DNA from: Terriglobia bacterium
Lineage (GTDB): Bacteria; Acidobacteriota; Terriglobia; 20CM-2-55-15
Reading direction: 5' to 3'
Assembly: GCA_963555775.3 (NCBI GenBank)
Contig: CAUVWY020000005.1
Span: 332,855-396,854 of the forward strand
Length of the DNA stretch: 64,000 nt
The notes under the pieces were generated by a model. It was not told the origin of the DNA. It was given only the letters and a program-made list of their open reading frames with translations, and made no database searches. Shown here in pieces: positions 42,801 through 52,378 of the stretch. The position numbers and the translations under genes were made by a program. Each line of letters opens with the position of its first letter. The first letter of the stretch is position 1.

Positions 42801-44998
42801 AGCAGGAAGTCATCCGCCTCAACAAGGGCCTCGCGGTGTTCCGACCGGCGATGACCATCCGCCTGGAGCGGCGGGACCGCCGTGGCTTCGCGAGTACCGA
42901 CTTCGAGCCGCTCGCCCTTCATTACAAGGGACAGGTTCTGCAGATCCACGTGATGGTGGAGTTCGCCGAGCGCGGCCTCGCCGCCATGACCGACGCGCTG
43001 CGCCTGGCGATGGATTACTTCACTCTCAAGGCGGACGAGTTCCGCCGCCGCTGGCTGCCGGGCCGCGACAGTGAGATCGGCCGGCAGACCACTCCCGAGT
43101 CATGGCGGGCTATCGTCGAAAGCTTAAAGAACCCCGTCCAGCAGCGCATCGTCGCGGATGACCGGGAACAGACGAACGTGCTGGTGCTGGCGGGCCCGGG
43201 CTCCGGCAAGACGCGGGTGCTGGTGCATCGCATTGCCTATCTGGTCCGCGCAAGACGGGAGAACGCCCGCGGCATCTTGGCACTGGCCTACAACCGGCAC
43301 GCGGCAGTCGATATCCGCCGCCGCCTGAGGGACCTGATCGGCCGCGATGCGCGGGGAGTGACCGTCCTCACCTGCCACGCGCTGGCGATGCGTCTGGCCG
43401 GCGCCAGCTTCACCGGTCGGGCGGAGCGCCCGGACGACGATGTCTTTCGCCAAGTGCTTCAGAAGGCGGTAGCGCTTCTTCGCGGCGAGGGTCTTCCGCC
43501 CGAGGAGGCAGACGAACGGCGGGAGCGGCTGCTGGCGGGGTTTCGCTGGATTCTGGTGGACGAATACCAGGACGTTGGCCCGGACCAATACGCCTTGATA
43601 TCGGCCCTTGCGGGGCGAACGCTCGATGACGATGCCGGCAAGCTGACCTTGTTTGCGGTCGGCGACGACGATCAGAACATATACGCCTTCAACGGCGCAT
43701 CGGTAGAGTTCATACGTCGTTTCGAGGCGGATTACGGACCCCGACCTATTTACCTTACCGACAACTACCGCTCCCCCGGCCATATCCTCGCCGCGGCCAA
43801 CGCGATGATCGAGCCAGCGCGGGAGCGGATGAAGGCCGGACATCCCATTCACATTAACCGTGCGCGTGCGAAGAACCCGCCGGGCGGAACGTGGCAGAAA
43901 CTGGATCCGGTCGCGCGTGGGCGGGTGCAGATCCTGCCCTCGGGTCGCGATTCGGTCTCGCAGGCGCGAATCACCATGGCCGAGTTGCTGCGCCTTGCCG
44001 CCCTGTCGTCAGATTGGGACTGGTCACGATGCGCCGTGATCGCGCGCGAGTGGGAGTATCTGGTTCCGGTGCGGGCGTTCTGCGAGATGCACGATATCCC
44101 GGCGCAGATGGGGAACGAGGAGATCCCCGGTTTCTGGCACCTGCGCGAGACCCGTGCATTCGTGGAATGGCTGCGCAGCCGGGAGACTGGCGTCGTCGAC
44201 GGCCGAACCCTGCGCCGCTGGGCGGATGCATGCGCGTCCGACCCCTGGAACGAGTTGTTGCGGCAAGCCATCGACGAGCATGCCCTGGAGACCGATGGGG
44301 CCGAAACCCCTGTGGGCCACTTCATTGAATGGCTCGCCGAATGGGGCCAGGAAATCCGCCGGCGTCAGCGCGGGCTGCTGCTGCTGACTGCGCACCGCGC
44401 CAAGGGTCTAGAGTTCGACCATGTGGCCGTGCTGGACGGCGGTTGGAACCGCGTCGGACACGGCGAGGACCCGGACGAGACTCGGAGACTCTATTACGTA
44501 GCCATGACGCGCGCCAGGGAGACCCTGGCGCTCGCGCGGTTCAATGGGCATCATCGGTTGCAGGGGGCGTTGCTCGACAATCCCTTTGTCTTTCATCGCG
44601 AACCGAGTGAGCTTGGGCCCGCCCCCGCGGCACTGGAATACCACGTTGTCCAGCCCAGCCTTGGAGACGTCGATATCGGTTTCGCGGGACGACAGGACGC
44701 CCGTCAACCGGTGCATCGCGCCATCGCCGCGCTGTCGTCAGGCGACCCACTGCAAACGCGCGTCGTGAACGCCGGGCGCTGGGAACTGCTGAATAGCGAA
44801 GGCACGCTGGTGGGGCGCTTGGCCAAGAGCTTCGCCCCCCCGGGCGGAACACGGTGCCGGTCGGCCACGGTACTGGCCATCGTGGGACGGAGCCGCGAGG
44901 CATCGAAGCCGGAATATCGCGACGGCGTGAAATGCGATACCTGGGAAGTGATCGTCCCGGAGCTAACGTTCGAGCCGGATCGAGGGATAGCCTCCTGA
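39848..44998 (+). CDS. DEDD-exonuclease-like + RecQ (SF2) + UvrD (SF1) fusion helicase
   Basis: LDLE/GHN..FD/NDPELD; PTGTGKS, DEAH, ATNAFGMGIDK, QEAGRAGRD; AGPGSGKT, VDEYQD, GDDDQNIY, HRAKGLEFD, YVAMTRAR. Confidence 0.9.
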   Translation: MTSLSPHEEAASKFSHLNCISLDLEVGKADSRIHAFAGVRPDTGRRFVFTGGNVAAALAKLDDLANGASFVLGHNLIAFDLPHLRAAKPDLRLLTLPTIDTLRLSPLAFPRNPYHHLVKHYKDGGLKRGQLNDPELDARLALTVFGDQRQALREAAPDLLAAWHWLSTPEPEGKERALDDLFSELRASRRPSDTEALAAIGKRLEGTACAAQGRQIAAEARAYGWSLSYALAWLSVAGGNSVMPPWVGHQFPEAGRLVRRLRDTACADSACGWCRERHDAPKELRRWFGFSDFRPEPAGVDGRPMQRSIVEAAMAGEHVLGILPTGTGKSLCYQIPALSRYDKTGALTVVISPLVALMADQVAGLEARGVGSCVTINGLLSMPERADALDRVRLGDAGILIISPEQLRSRSLRRALDQREIGGWVLDEAHCLSRWGHAFRPDYRYVGRFIGERAGSGPMPPVLCLTATAKPDVTEDIACHFRDRLGIGLTVFDGGAERPNLTFEVVPTSGGEKFAHIHQIFASYLPPEMPGGAIVYCATRRQSEEVAEFLQLKGVAAEHFHAGLPPETKKDVQHRFVGGELRAIVATNAFGMGIDKPDVRLVVHADIPGSLENYLQEAGRAGRDRASARCVLLYTADDVEHQFGMSAYSRLTRAEIHGILRALRNLDRKKRLGGEVVATAGEILGEDEDKAFERDSVTDDTRVRTAVAWLEEAELLTREENVVQVFPSSLRVNSVEEARAKLERRSVAATYRERLLRITESLMEASADEGVTTDELMGVSGLSSEGVRRALYDLERLGIASNDTVLTAFVHAGVERASLKRFEQAAELETALIAHMREAAPDLGKGDTSSLHLRVASQVLRDEGLADPLPERLWRILRSIAYDGRGEDGAAGSLTVRKQDAETARVTLQREWRALEDTARIRREAAWRLLNHLLACLPAGSRGTDLLAETTLGKLNEAIESDLILKAKVRNFSKLLDRALLWLHEQEVIRLNKGLAVFRPAMTIRLERRDRRGFASTDFEPLALHYKGQVLQIHVMVEFAERGLAAMTDALRLAMDYFTLKADEFRRRWLPGRDSEIGRQTTPESWRAIVESLKNPVQQRIVADDREQTNVLVLAGPGSGKTRVLVHRIAYLVRARRENARGILALAYNRHAAVDIRRRLRDLIGRDARGVTVLTCHALAMRLAGASFTGRAERPDDDVFRQVLQKAVALLRGEGLPPEEADERRERLLAGFRWILVDEYQDVGPDQYALISALAGRTLDDDAGKLTLFAVGDDDQNIYAFNGASVEFIRRFEADYGPRPIYLTDNYRSPGHILAAANAMIEPARERMKAGHPIHINRARAKNPPGGTWQKLDPVARGRVQILPSGRDSVSQARITMAELLRLAALSSDWDWSRCAVIAREWEYLVPVRAFCEMHDIPAQMGNEEIPGFWHLRETRAFVEWLRSRETGVVDGRTLRRWADACASDPWNELLRQAIDEHALETDGAETPVGHFIEWLAEWGQEIRRRQRGLLLLTAHRAKGLEFDHVAVLDGGWNRVGHGEDPDETRRLYYVAMTRARETLALARFNGHHRLQGALLDNPFVFHREPSELGPAPAALEYHVVQPSLGDVDIGFAGRQDARQPVHRAIAALSSGDPLQTRVVNAGRWELLNSEGTLVGRLAKSFAPPGGTRCRSATVLAIVGRSREASKPEYRDGVKCDTWEVIVPELTFEPDRGIAS

Positions 44999-45267
44999 AC
45001 TGTCATTGACTCCGATCAGCGCGAGAGCGAGGGCGCGCCTATTTGCCGCGACAGCGTCAGATGATGCAGGCTTCGGTCGAATACCTCGGCGGACTGAAAG
45101 CGAGGGCCGAGATTATACCGATAAACCAGAGAGCCCCTTGTGCGGACGGAACCGCGTCCGGTCCGATGCGCCCGTTCAAGGTCCATCCCGGAAACCATCT
45201 CAGGGCTACTGGCCCATGAACAAACGGCTTGCAGAATGGTACCTGGTTTGGTACTAAATTGATTGTC

Positions 45268-45522
45268 ATGCGCGCCAAACACCAGCGCACTTTGGAGAGC
45301 ATGTTCAAGAGGCCCACGCCGGCTGGCATTCGGTGGGCGGATCTCGTCGCCATGCTGGAAGCGGCAGGCGTGGAGGTCACCCAGCGTTCGGGGTCGCGCG
45401 TGCTTCTGAAAAAGGGAATGGAACGGATGGTGGTTCACCGGCCCCATCCGGAGACAGAGACTGGCAGAGCGACGGTGCGCGACATCGTCGCGTTTCTCGA
45501 AGCCGTAGGAGTCACCCCATGA
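45268..45522 (+). CDS. hicA: HicA-family toxin
   Basis: KHQRTL..MF..P....IRWAD...L...G......GSRV, HRPHP. Confidence 0.9.
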   Translation: MRAKHQRTLESMFKRPTPAGIRWADLVAMLEAAGVEVTQRSGSRVLLKKGMERMVVHRPHPETETGRATVRDIVAFLEAVGVTP

Positions 45523-45851
45523 TGGAATACAAGGGATACGCTGCCGAAGTAGAATTCGACGATTCCGTGGGCCTGCTTCACGGGCGGGTCGTCAACAGCG
45601 GCGCCTATCCGATCGCCACCTTTGAAGCGACGGACGTCGAAGGAATTCGGCGTGAGTTACATCGATCCATCGACGAATACCTCGCTTCCTGCAAGGAAGA
45701 TGGCATTGAGCCCAGGAAGCCTTTCTCAGGCAAACTTAACGTTCGGCTCGGGCCAGACTTGCATCAACGCGTTGCGCTCTCGGCATCGGAGAGCGGCCTG
45801 AGCCTGAACAGATGGATCGTGCAAGCGCTGGAGAAAAGCGTATCTCGATGA
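45519..45851 (+). CDS. hicB: HicB-family antitoxin
   Basis: MEYKGY, SIDEYL..C...G.EP.KPFSGKLNVR, SLNRW. Confidence 0.92.
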   Translation: MMEYKGYAAEVEFDDSVGLLHGRVVNSGAYPIATFEATDVEGIRRELHRSIDEYLASCKEDGIEPRKPFSGKLNVRLGPDLHQRVALSASESGLSLNRWIVQALEKSVSR

Positions 45852-46418
45852 TCTGAAACCTGTTATGGGCAGGGATTAAGGGAATCTTCGTCCATGCCCC
45901 TGCCCTCCCATACAGCGGCTCCTCTCCGGTTTTCTCTTGAGCTTTCTCCAGCAAGCCAGACAGTGTGAACGAGCAGAGGAAAACCAAACTGGCGAAACCG
46001 GATAATTGCTCCCCAATCCTCACGGGAAAGTTTGCCTGGACTTCAATGCGAACGCCCTTGCCCATTTGCCCCTTCAACGTAGCCGCCATCATAACAACGC
46101 TGTTCGAATTCATTGATCCACGTCTCCATCGTCTCGAAGTCGAATGGGTCCGCTGTCGCCGTGTCCCATGATCGTGATCGCCGACGCCCGTGATGGCGAA
46201 CGCTTGCCGATGTGAGCGGCTCGATTCGATCGACTAGATTCCTCCGCCAAGGTTGAGTAGCTCTATTGCCAGCGACGGGCGTCTACCCCGATCGAGGCCG
46301 GACTCAACCAAAACACGTCTCTGGAAAATCCGAGACAGTTCAGTACTGCGCTACCAAGGATCGTCAAGTATCCGGACTTATCGTATGAGACTAATCGTGG
46401 GGCGGAGTGCCCGGCCCT

Positions 46419-47345
46419 TCAAATTGCTTTCAGGAGTTGTTCGAATTCGTCTCTCTGGTGTGCGTAGGCATACTCGTGTGCATCGTTGGCGAGCACCTTG
46501 TTGAATATGAGAATCCCTTTTTCGTTGGCAGCGTGATACGACAGGCGGTCAACTGGCTGTTGTTCAGGGTTCATACTATCAGGGCGTCCCGTCTCAATGA
46601 GGATATTGGGCGTGAGGGCGAGAAGGTGCCTCCGGTCCATGAAGGTCACGGGAATTAGTCCTGTTCCAGGTGGAATCCACGCCGCAACCGGATTGTCAGA
46701 CGTGATGAAGTGGTAGGGTCCCTCCGAGAGATATATTCGCCACTTCTTCGCCAACAGGAGGTTGCAGAATCCATTGACCCGCTCCTCGCCGATGAAGTTT
46801 AGGTGTTGGGCGTTGTTGGTTTCTCGAAAGTCGTATTCACCTGATTCGATGAGTCGGTTCACGGCCTCTTTCAACTCCTCCTCCGATATCTCGTGCGCCT
46901 CGGCCGTTTCCTGGATGTGGTCTTGAAATCGCGCGGAGTGGGCTGCTCGCACCTGGATAATCCACTTCATTTCTTCCGACTGTATCTTCCGCAGCCGCTC
47001 CCGGAAGGAGGGCGTCCGAAGCCACTGGAGGCCCATGAAATACGCGAGCTTATACAAGTCACCGTTGGTTAGTTGCTGGGCGACAGCACGTTCGATGATT
47101 CCTGGTAGAGCATCCCCAATCAGAGTCTCGATTTGGCCGAACACATCTTCGAATGCTCGGCTGATTTCATCCTGAACGCCGGTCTCGGCGGCGTAGAAGA
47201 ACTTCTTGTAGCACACCGACCCGTAGGGGCGGGGCGTTCCGATTCGCTCAGCCCGCACATCGAAGACCTGAATCTGTCCCTCGCTTGCAAAGCGCTTGAG
47301 ATAAAACTCTGGAACGAAGTGTTGTTTTTTCGTGATCTGTTTCAT
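46419..47345 (-). CDS. DUF4238 domain protein
   Basis: KKQHFVPEFYLKRF N-terminus and FITSDNPV motif. Confidence 0.85.
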   Translation of the reverse strand: MKQITKKQHFVPEFYLKRFASEGQIQVFDVRAERIGTPRPYGSVCYKKFFYAAETGVQDEISRAFEDVFGQIETLIGDALPGIIERAVAQQLTNGDLYKLAYFMGLQWLRTPSFRERLRKIQSEEMKWIIQVRAAHSARFQDHIQETAEAHEISEEELKEAVNRLIESGEYDFRETNNAQHLNFIGEERVNGFCNLLLAKKWRIYLSEGPYHFITSDNPVAAWIPPGTGLIPVTFMDRRHLLALTPNILIETGRPDSMNPEQQPVDRLSYHAANEKGILIFNKVLANDAHEYAYAHQRDEFEQLLKAI

Positions 47346-47448
47346 GAAATGAACCGCCCCGAGTTTACCGGAGACAGTTTTAGTCGATTCCGGCCTCAAT
47401 GAGGCCGGACCGGTGATCCTGATAGTACATCTGCTCAAACTCCGCAGG

Positions 47449-47683
47449 AAGGAACCAGCAGACCCAAAAGTCCTTCTCGATGACGGCTGCGCTCACGCCA
47501 CGCCGGTTCGCAGTTTCCTGAAACAGATCTCAGTGCTCAGCGGAGGAGAGCTGAGCAACCTTATTCATCCGAGTTCTCCCGCGCAATTCGTTTGATTGCG
47601 GCAAAGATCCAGCCTGTGGCCGTTACCGTGTCTGCGAGGACCTTCCGTCACATTTTGGGATCCAGTCACTCTCGAGCTTTTGC
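47449..47683 (-). pseudogene. Eroded type IV TA pair: DUF6088 antitoxin C-terminus + AbiEii nucleotidyltransferase N-terminus
   Basis: AKARE*LDPKM*RKVLADTVTATGWIFAAIKRIARENSDE* overlapping MNKVAQLSSAEH*DLFQETANRRGVSAAVIEKDFWVCW (ATG 47568). Confidence 0.7.
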
Positions 47684-47879
47684 GGTGACCAGGGGCGTGA
47701 TCCGAAATCCGGACAGCGATCGAACTGCCCGGCGACACGCTCACCCCATCCCATCCGACATTTATGTTCGGCATTTTGGAACCCCGCGACAATTTTGTAA
47801 GCGCGGTATCCGTCTCCACGTGGCTTCGCCTTAGCGAATTCCCTTTTTAATTCATACACATAGGCCTAAGGCCTCGGAC

Positions 47880-47895
47880 TGGCAGCCTGCGTGCT
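47880..47895 (+). promoter_or_regulatory. sigma54 promoter of the nitrate operon
   Basis: TGGCAGCCTGCGTGCT (GG-N10-GC), AT-rich tract upstream, candidate UAS at 47785-47798. Confidence 0.65.
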
Positions 47896-47957
47896 AAACA
47901 AATGGGCGGAGGAATCGGTGCGATCCGCCGCTTCGACGGAAAACCGATCTACTGAAA

Positions 47958-49034
47958 GTGAAATACTTCGACCGTAAAGCGTTTTGGATTGGGGTGGCTG
48001 CCGCTCTCGCGGTCATCGCCGTGATCTATCTGGGCTCTCGGGGCCTGCGGAATTTCGATTGGGCTCTGACGACATACGCCGTCGCCAGTATTTTTGCGGC
48101 TTTCGCGGTCGTATACCGGTATGCCGTATGGGCCCAGCGCCCGCCCACCTGGATGTATCTGAAACGCGGCCTCGAAGCGTTCATTCGCCGCAGACGTTCG
48201 GGCTTCCAGCAACCGGCCAGCCGCCGGATGGTGTCTCTCACCCGAAACACGGGCCGACTCGGCCGGTTGCTCCTCGACAACTTCCTTCTGCAGAAGTTCA
48301 TCACTCAACGCGGCCGCGAACGGTGGGTAATGCATGCGTGCCTGTCCTGGGGAGGGATGCTGGCTTTCGCCGTCACGTTCCCTCTTGTATTTGGATGGAT
48401 CCACTTCGAGACCCTGCCCGATAACGCCGAAATTTATCGGGTTTTCATGTTCGGGTTTCCGGTCGAACAGTTTTCGGTAAACAGCCTGAGAGCGTTCCTC
48501 CATTTCAACGTCCTCAATTTTTCGGCCATCGTAATGCTGGTGGGTCTGGCGCTGTCGGTGAAGCTCCGCATGAGCGACCGGGGCGAGTTGGCCATCCAGA
48601 CATTCGCGGACGACATATTCCCGTTGTTCATACTGTTCACCGTATGCGTGACGGGATTGATGCTGACCGTCAGCGCCAAGTTCATGGCCGGTTACGGTTT
48701 TGCGTTCATCGGTCTGGCCCATGCCGCCAGCGTGATCGGCCTGTTGTTGTACCTGCCGTTCGGAAAGCTGTTTCATGTCGTACAACGGCCTTTGTCTCTC
48801 GGCGTTTCCTTTTACAAGCAGGCAGGCGAGACCGGCGAGCGCGCGTCCTGCCACCGGTGCGGCGAAGACTACGCGTCGCGTCTGCACATCGACGACCTCA
48901 AGACCGTGCTGGACCAACTCGGTTTCGACTACAGATTCTCGACGCCTTCGGGCGAGGTGCACTACCAGGATGTGTGTCCCGCTTGCCGCCGGCGTCTTCT
49001 TGCACTGAATCAGGGGGCCGCGCTCGGGCGCTGA
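47958..49034 (+). CDS. NarI/DsrM-like polytopic membrane protein with C-terminal CxxC..CxxC
   Basis: Multiple TM helices; RWVMH, LAH...LPFGKLFH histidines; CHRC and CPAC. Confidence 0.75.
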   Translation: MKYFDRKAFWIGVAAALAVIAVIYLGSRGLRNFDWALTTYAVASIFAAFAVVYRYAVWAQRPPTWMYLKRGLEAFIRRRRSGFQQPASRRMVSLTRNTGRLGRLLLDNFLLQKFITQRGRERWVMHACLSWGGMLAFAVTFPLVFGWIHFETLPDNAEIYRVFMFGFPVEQFSVNSLRAFLHFNVLNFSAIVMLVGLALSVKLRMSDRGELAIQTFADDIFPLFILFTVCVTGLMLTVSAKFMAGYGFAFIGLAHAASVIGLLLYLPFGKLFHVVQRPLSLGVSFYKQAGETGERASCHRCGEDYASRLHIDDLKTVLDQLGFDYRFSTPSGEVHYQDVCPACRRRLLALNQGAALGR

Positions 49035-49043
49035 AGCAATCCC

Positions 49044-51224
49044 ATGGCAATCCCAACGTTAAACGAACAACAATTCATCGCCGAATTCGGTCCGAGCCTC
49101 CACTACGAACCGGCCGAGGGCTGGTCGTCGCAAGAGCCCGACAAGTTGGTCAAGACGCACTGCTGCTTCTGCGGTATCCAGTGCGGCATTCAACTCAAGG
49201 TCAAAGACGACAAGGTGGTCGGATTCGAGCCGTGGGAGGAGTTTCCCGTCAACCGTGGAATGCTTTGCCCGAAAGGCGTCAAGCGTTACATGCAGAACGA
49301 TCATCCGGACCGGCTGCTGTCCCCGTTGATCCGGGACAACTCGGGCTTCAGGGAAGCGGCTTGGGATGAGGCCATGGAACGCCTGGTTGGGGACATGCGG
49401 CGGATTCAGGCCCAGCATGGACCCGACTCGTTCGCCATCCTGGGCGGGGCCTCGATGACGAACGAAAAGGCGTACCTGCTGGGCAAGCTGGCCCGCGTCG
49501 CCGTCAAGACGGCCAACATCGATTACAACGGCCGGCTCTGCATGGTCAGCGCCGGAGCGGCGAACAAGATCGCTTTCGGAGTCGACCGGTCGGCGAACCC
49601 CTGGAGCGACATTCCACTGGCCAAGGCGCTCATCATCAGTGGCGCCAACATCGGCGAGTGTTTTCCGATTCTGACCGACTACGTCTGGCGCGCCCGCGAC
49701 AACGGCGGAAAGATCATCGTGATCGACCCTCGCATGACCCCGATTGCTCGGACAGCCGACCTCTTCTTGCCCGTCCGGCCGGGACGCGACAGCGCGCTGG
49801 CCAACGGAATCCTCCACGTGATGATCCAGCGCGGATGGATCGATCCGGAATTCATCGAAGCCCACACCGAAGGCTTCGACCAGGTACAGGAAGTCGTCCG
49901 CAACTTCACTCCCGGCGTAACCGAGAAGATCACGGGGGTGCCCGCATCGAGCATCCTCAAGGCGGCCGAAATCTGGGGGACTGCCGAGACTTCGATGCTC
50001 TTGCACGCACGGGGTGTCGAACACCATACCAAGGGCGTCGAAAACTGCCTCTCCTATATCAATCTGGTGCTGGCATCCGGCCGCATCGGCAAGCCGGGCT
50101 GCGGTTACGGGACCTTGACGGGACAGGGCAACGGGCAGGGCGGCCGCGAGCACGGGCAGCGCTGCAACCAGTTGCCCGGCGGCCGCGACATCGAAAATCC
50201 CGAACATCGCCAGTTTATCGCCGATTTCTGGAAGGTGCCCGAGCCCGAAATCCCGCACACCGGGTTGACGGCCTGCGAAATAATCGACTCCATCGAATCG
50301 GGCGAGATCAAGGGCCTCCTGGCGATCAGCTTCAATCCGCTGGTCTCCATTCCGGACGCGAACCGAACGCGCGTGGCCTTGGAGAAACTGGAACACTTCA
50401 CGTGCATTGACTTCTTCCTCTCCGAAACGGCCCGCTATGCGGATGTCGTGCTTGCCGGATCGCTCCAGGAGGAGGACGAGGGCACGGTCACCACGGGAGA
50501 AGGGCGCTGTGTCCGGTTGCGACAGTCCGTGCCACCGCCGGGCAATACCCGCGTGGACTGGGAGATTCTGGTCGACCTGGCGCGCCGGTTGGGATACGGC
50601 GAACATTTTCCATATGCCATCACCAAGGACATCTTTCGTGAACTGTGCGCCGCTTCCGAGGGCGGGAACGTGGACTACAGTGGAATGGACTACGCCCGAA
50701 TCGAAAAGAATATGGGCATTTTCTGGCCCTGCCCAGCCCGGAACCATCCGGGCACGCCGCGTCTGTTCGAAGGCGGCCGGTTTCACCATCCCGACGGCAA
50801 GGCACGGTTCCGGGGATTCGAATACCGGCCTCCAGCCGAAGACGTGGATGTGAAATATCCCCTTTTTCTGACCACTGGACGCGTGGTCTCGCAGTACCTG
50901 AGCGGCAATCAGACGCGCCGGATCGGCGGTCTGGTCGATCAGTATCCCGAGCCGCTGTGCGAGATGCATCCGCGGCTTGCGACCCGCCTTGGAATCGCGG
51001 ATCGCGACCCCGTGCGTGTCGTGACGCGAAGAGGAGAAATCGTTGTCCCGGCCAGCGTCGTGAAGACGATACGGCCCGACACGGTCTTCTTGCCCTACCA
51101 CTGGCCAGGCAACAAGTCTGCCAACCTTTTGACCAATCGCGCCCTGGATCCGATTTCGAAGATACCCGAATTCAAAGTCTGCGCGTGCCGGGTCGAGAAA
51201 GCATTGGGAGCCGAACATGATTGA
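49044..51224 (+). CDS. Mo-bisPGD nitrate reductase catalytic subunit (Nas/Nap-type, no export signal)
   Basis: [15 protein letters not shown] Fe-S motif, NGRLCM Mo-Cys ligand, [21 protein letters not shown]; next to nirBD and nitrate transporter. Confidence 0.88.
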   Translation: MAIPTLNEQQFIAEFGPSLHYEPAEGWSSQEPDKLVKTHCCFCGIQCGIQLKVKDDKVVGFEPWEEFPVNRGMLCPKGVKRYMQNDHPDRLLSPLIRDNSGFREAAWDEAMERLVGDMRRIQAQHGPDSFAILGGASMTNEKAYLLGKLARVAVKTANIDYNGRLCMVSAGAANKIAFGVDRSANPWSDIPLAKALIISGANIGECFPILTDYVWRARDNGGKIIVIDPRMTPIARTADLFLPVRPGRDSALANGILHVMIQRGWIDPEFIEAHTEGFDQVQEVVRNFTPGVTEKITGVPASSILKAAEIWGTAETSMLLHARGVEHHTKGVENCLSYINLVLASGRIGKPGCGYGTLTGQGNGQGGREHGQRCNQLPGGRDIENPEHRQFIADFWKVPEPEIPHTGLTACEIIDSIESGEIKGLLAISFNPLVSIPDANRTRVALEKLEHFTCIDFFLSETARYADVVLAGSLQEEDEGTVTTGEGRCVRLRQSVPPPGNTRVDWEILVDLARRLGYGEHFPYAITKDIFRELCAASEGGNVDYSGMDYARIEKNMGIFWPCPARNHPGTPRLFEGGRFHHPDGKARFRGFEYRPPAEDVDVKYPLFLTTGRVVSQYLSGNQTRRIGGLVDQYPEPLCEMHPRLATRLGIADRDPVRVVTRRGEIVVPASVVKTIRPDTVFLPYHWPGNKSANLLTNRALDPISKIPEFKVCACRVEKALGAEHD

Positions 51225-51852
51225 ATCCGAATTCTTCATCGATCCTTCCCGGTGCATCGGCTGCGAGGCGTGCGTGGCCGCCTGCATGGAATGCGACACG
51301 CATCGAGGCCAATCGTTGATCCACCTGGAGTTTGTGGACCGGGCCGTCAGCACGCAGACCGGACCCGTGGTTTGCATGCACTGCGAAAACCCGACGTGCG
51401 CCCAGGTATGCCCGGCCGACGCGATCAAGCAGTCCGAGGAAGGCGTGGTCCACAGCTCGATGAAATCGCGGTGCATCGGCTGTTCCAACTGCGTGTTGGC
51501 GTGCCCGTTCGGTGTGCCCCGCTACGTCGCGGCCATCGACCAGATGGTCAAGTGCGACATGTGCTACGACCGGACCAGCATCGGCAAGAAACCGATGTGC
51601 GCCACGGTTTGCCCCAGTCAGGCGCTCTACTACGGTACCCGCGAAGAACTTGTGCGCCTTCGCCGCGAGACGCCGGTGAACAAATTTCAATTCGGGCGCC
51701 AGACGGTGCGGACCAAGGTGAATTTGATGACTTCAAGTGAAAGCGAACGGTTCGACTTCGACGTCGTCGGGTTCATGGCCGATGCCAAACCCGATGTCGA
51801 TCTCGAGGACCTTGCCGTTTGGACGGAGGAATATGCCGAAACAGGAGTATGA
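51217..51852 (+). CDS. Four-cluster ferredoxin subunit (DmsB/NrfC-like)
   Basis: [48 protein letters not shown]. Confidence 0.92.
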   Translation: MIESEFFIDPSRCIGCEACVAACMECDTHRGQSLIHLEFVDRAVSTQTGPVVCMHCENPTCAQVCPADAIKQSEEGVVHSSMKSRCIGCSNCVLACPFGVPRYVAAIDQMVKCDMCYDRTSIGKKPMCATVCPSQALYYGTREELVRLRRETPVNKFQFGRQTVRTKVNLMTSSESERFDFDVVGFMADAKPDVDLEDLAVWTEEYAETGV

Positions 51853-52378
51853 CGCCTTGGGCCATGGGTCCCATCCGTCAGGCCCGGTCCGCTGGCGGCA
51901 GGATTTTCCGATTTCTTCCGATGACGACAGCTACGCCACACGGCTGGAATTTACCAAGTTCCTGGGGTTGACCTCCATCGCTTTCCTCTTCGGAACCTTT
52001 GTCGCTGCCGGGCGGAAGACATGGCGGCGGTGGGCGGCCCGACAGTCAGCAAGCACGTCCGTCGCCGGGATTTCCGAGTTGGAAGTCGGCGGCTACAAGC
52101 TCTTTCGTTATCCGAGCGTGGACGATCCCTGCATTCTGCTGCGCCGGGGTCCGTCCGAGTTCGTCGCGTTCAATCAGAACTGCAGCCATCTGGCCTGTCC
52201 GGTCCACTTCGAAGCTGCCGCCGGACAGCTTTTGTGCCCCTGTCACGTCGGCGTCTTCAGCGCCGATGACGGGCGTCCCCTTGCCGGGCCGCCCAGGCGG
52301 GGACTTGAAAAATTCACGGTGTCGGTGCGGGACGGCCAGGTGTGGGTCGAGCCCCCTTCGGCGGAGGAATTCGCATGA
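51833..52378 (+). CDS. Membrane-anchored Rieske [2Fe-2S] protein
   Basis: CSHLAC and CPCH boxes, GPP.R.L, N-terminal TM after TRLEFTKFL. Confidence 0.9.
   Translation: MPKQEYDALGHGSHPSGPVRWRQDFPISSDDDSYATRLEFTKFLGLTSIAFLFGTFVAAGRKTWRRWAARQSASTSVAGISELEVGGYKLFRYPSVDDPCILLRRGPSEFVAFNQNCSHLACPVHFEAAAGQLLCPCHVGVFSADDGRPLAGPPRRGLEKFTVSVRDGQVWVEPPSAEEFA

Larger units (their letters stand above)
33303..47700. mobile_element. Genomic island integrated at the 3' end of ssrA (right boundary approximate)
   Basis: Integrase directly after tmRNA, then IS elements, TA modules and defence-type genes; no attR repeat recognised. Confidence 0.75.

Noticed and set aside
45736-46113. 125-aa minus-strand ORF
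   Set aside because: No recognisable motif and overlaps hicB; may be a remnant but cannot be supported
46237-47916. 12-bp inverted repeat GATTCCTCCGCC flanking DUF4238
   Set aside because: Plausible by chance, no target duplication, and the right copy lies in the nitrate operon's 5' UTR hairpin
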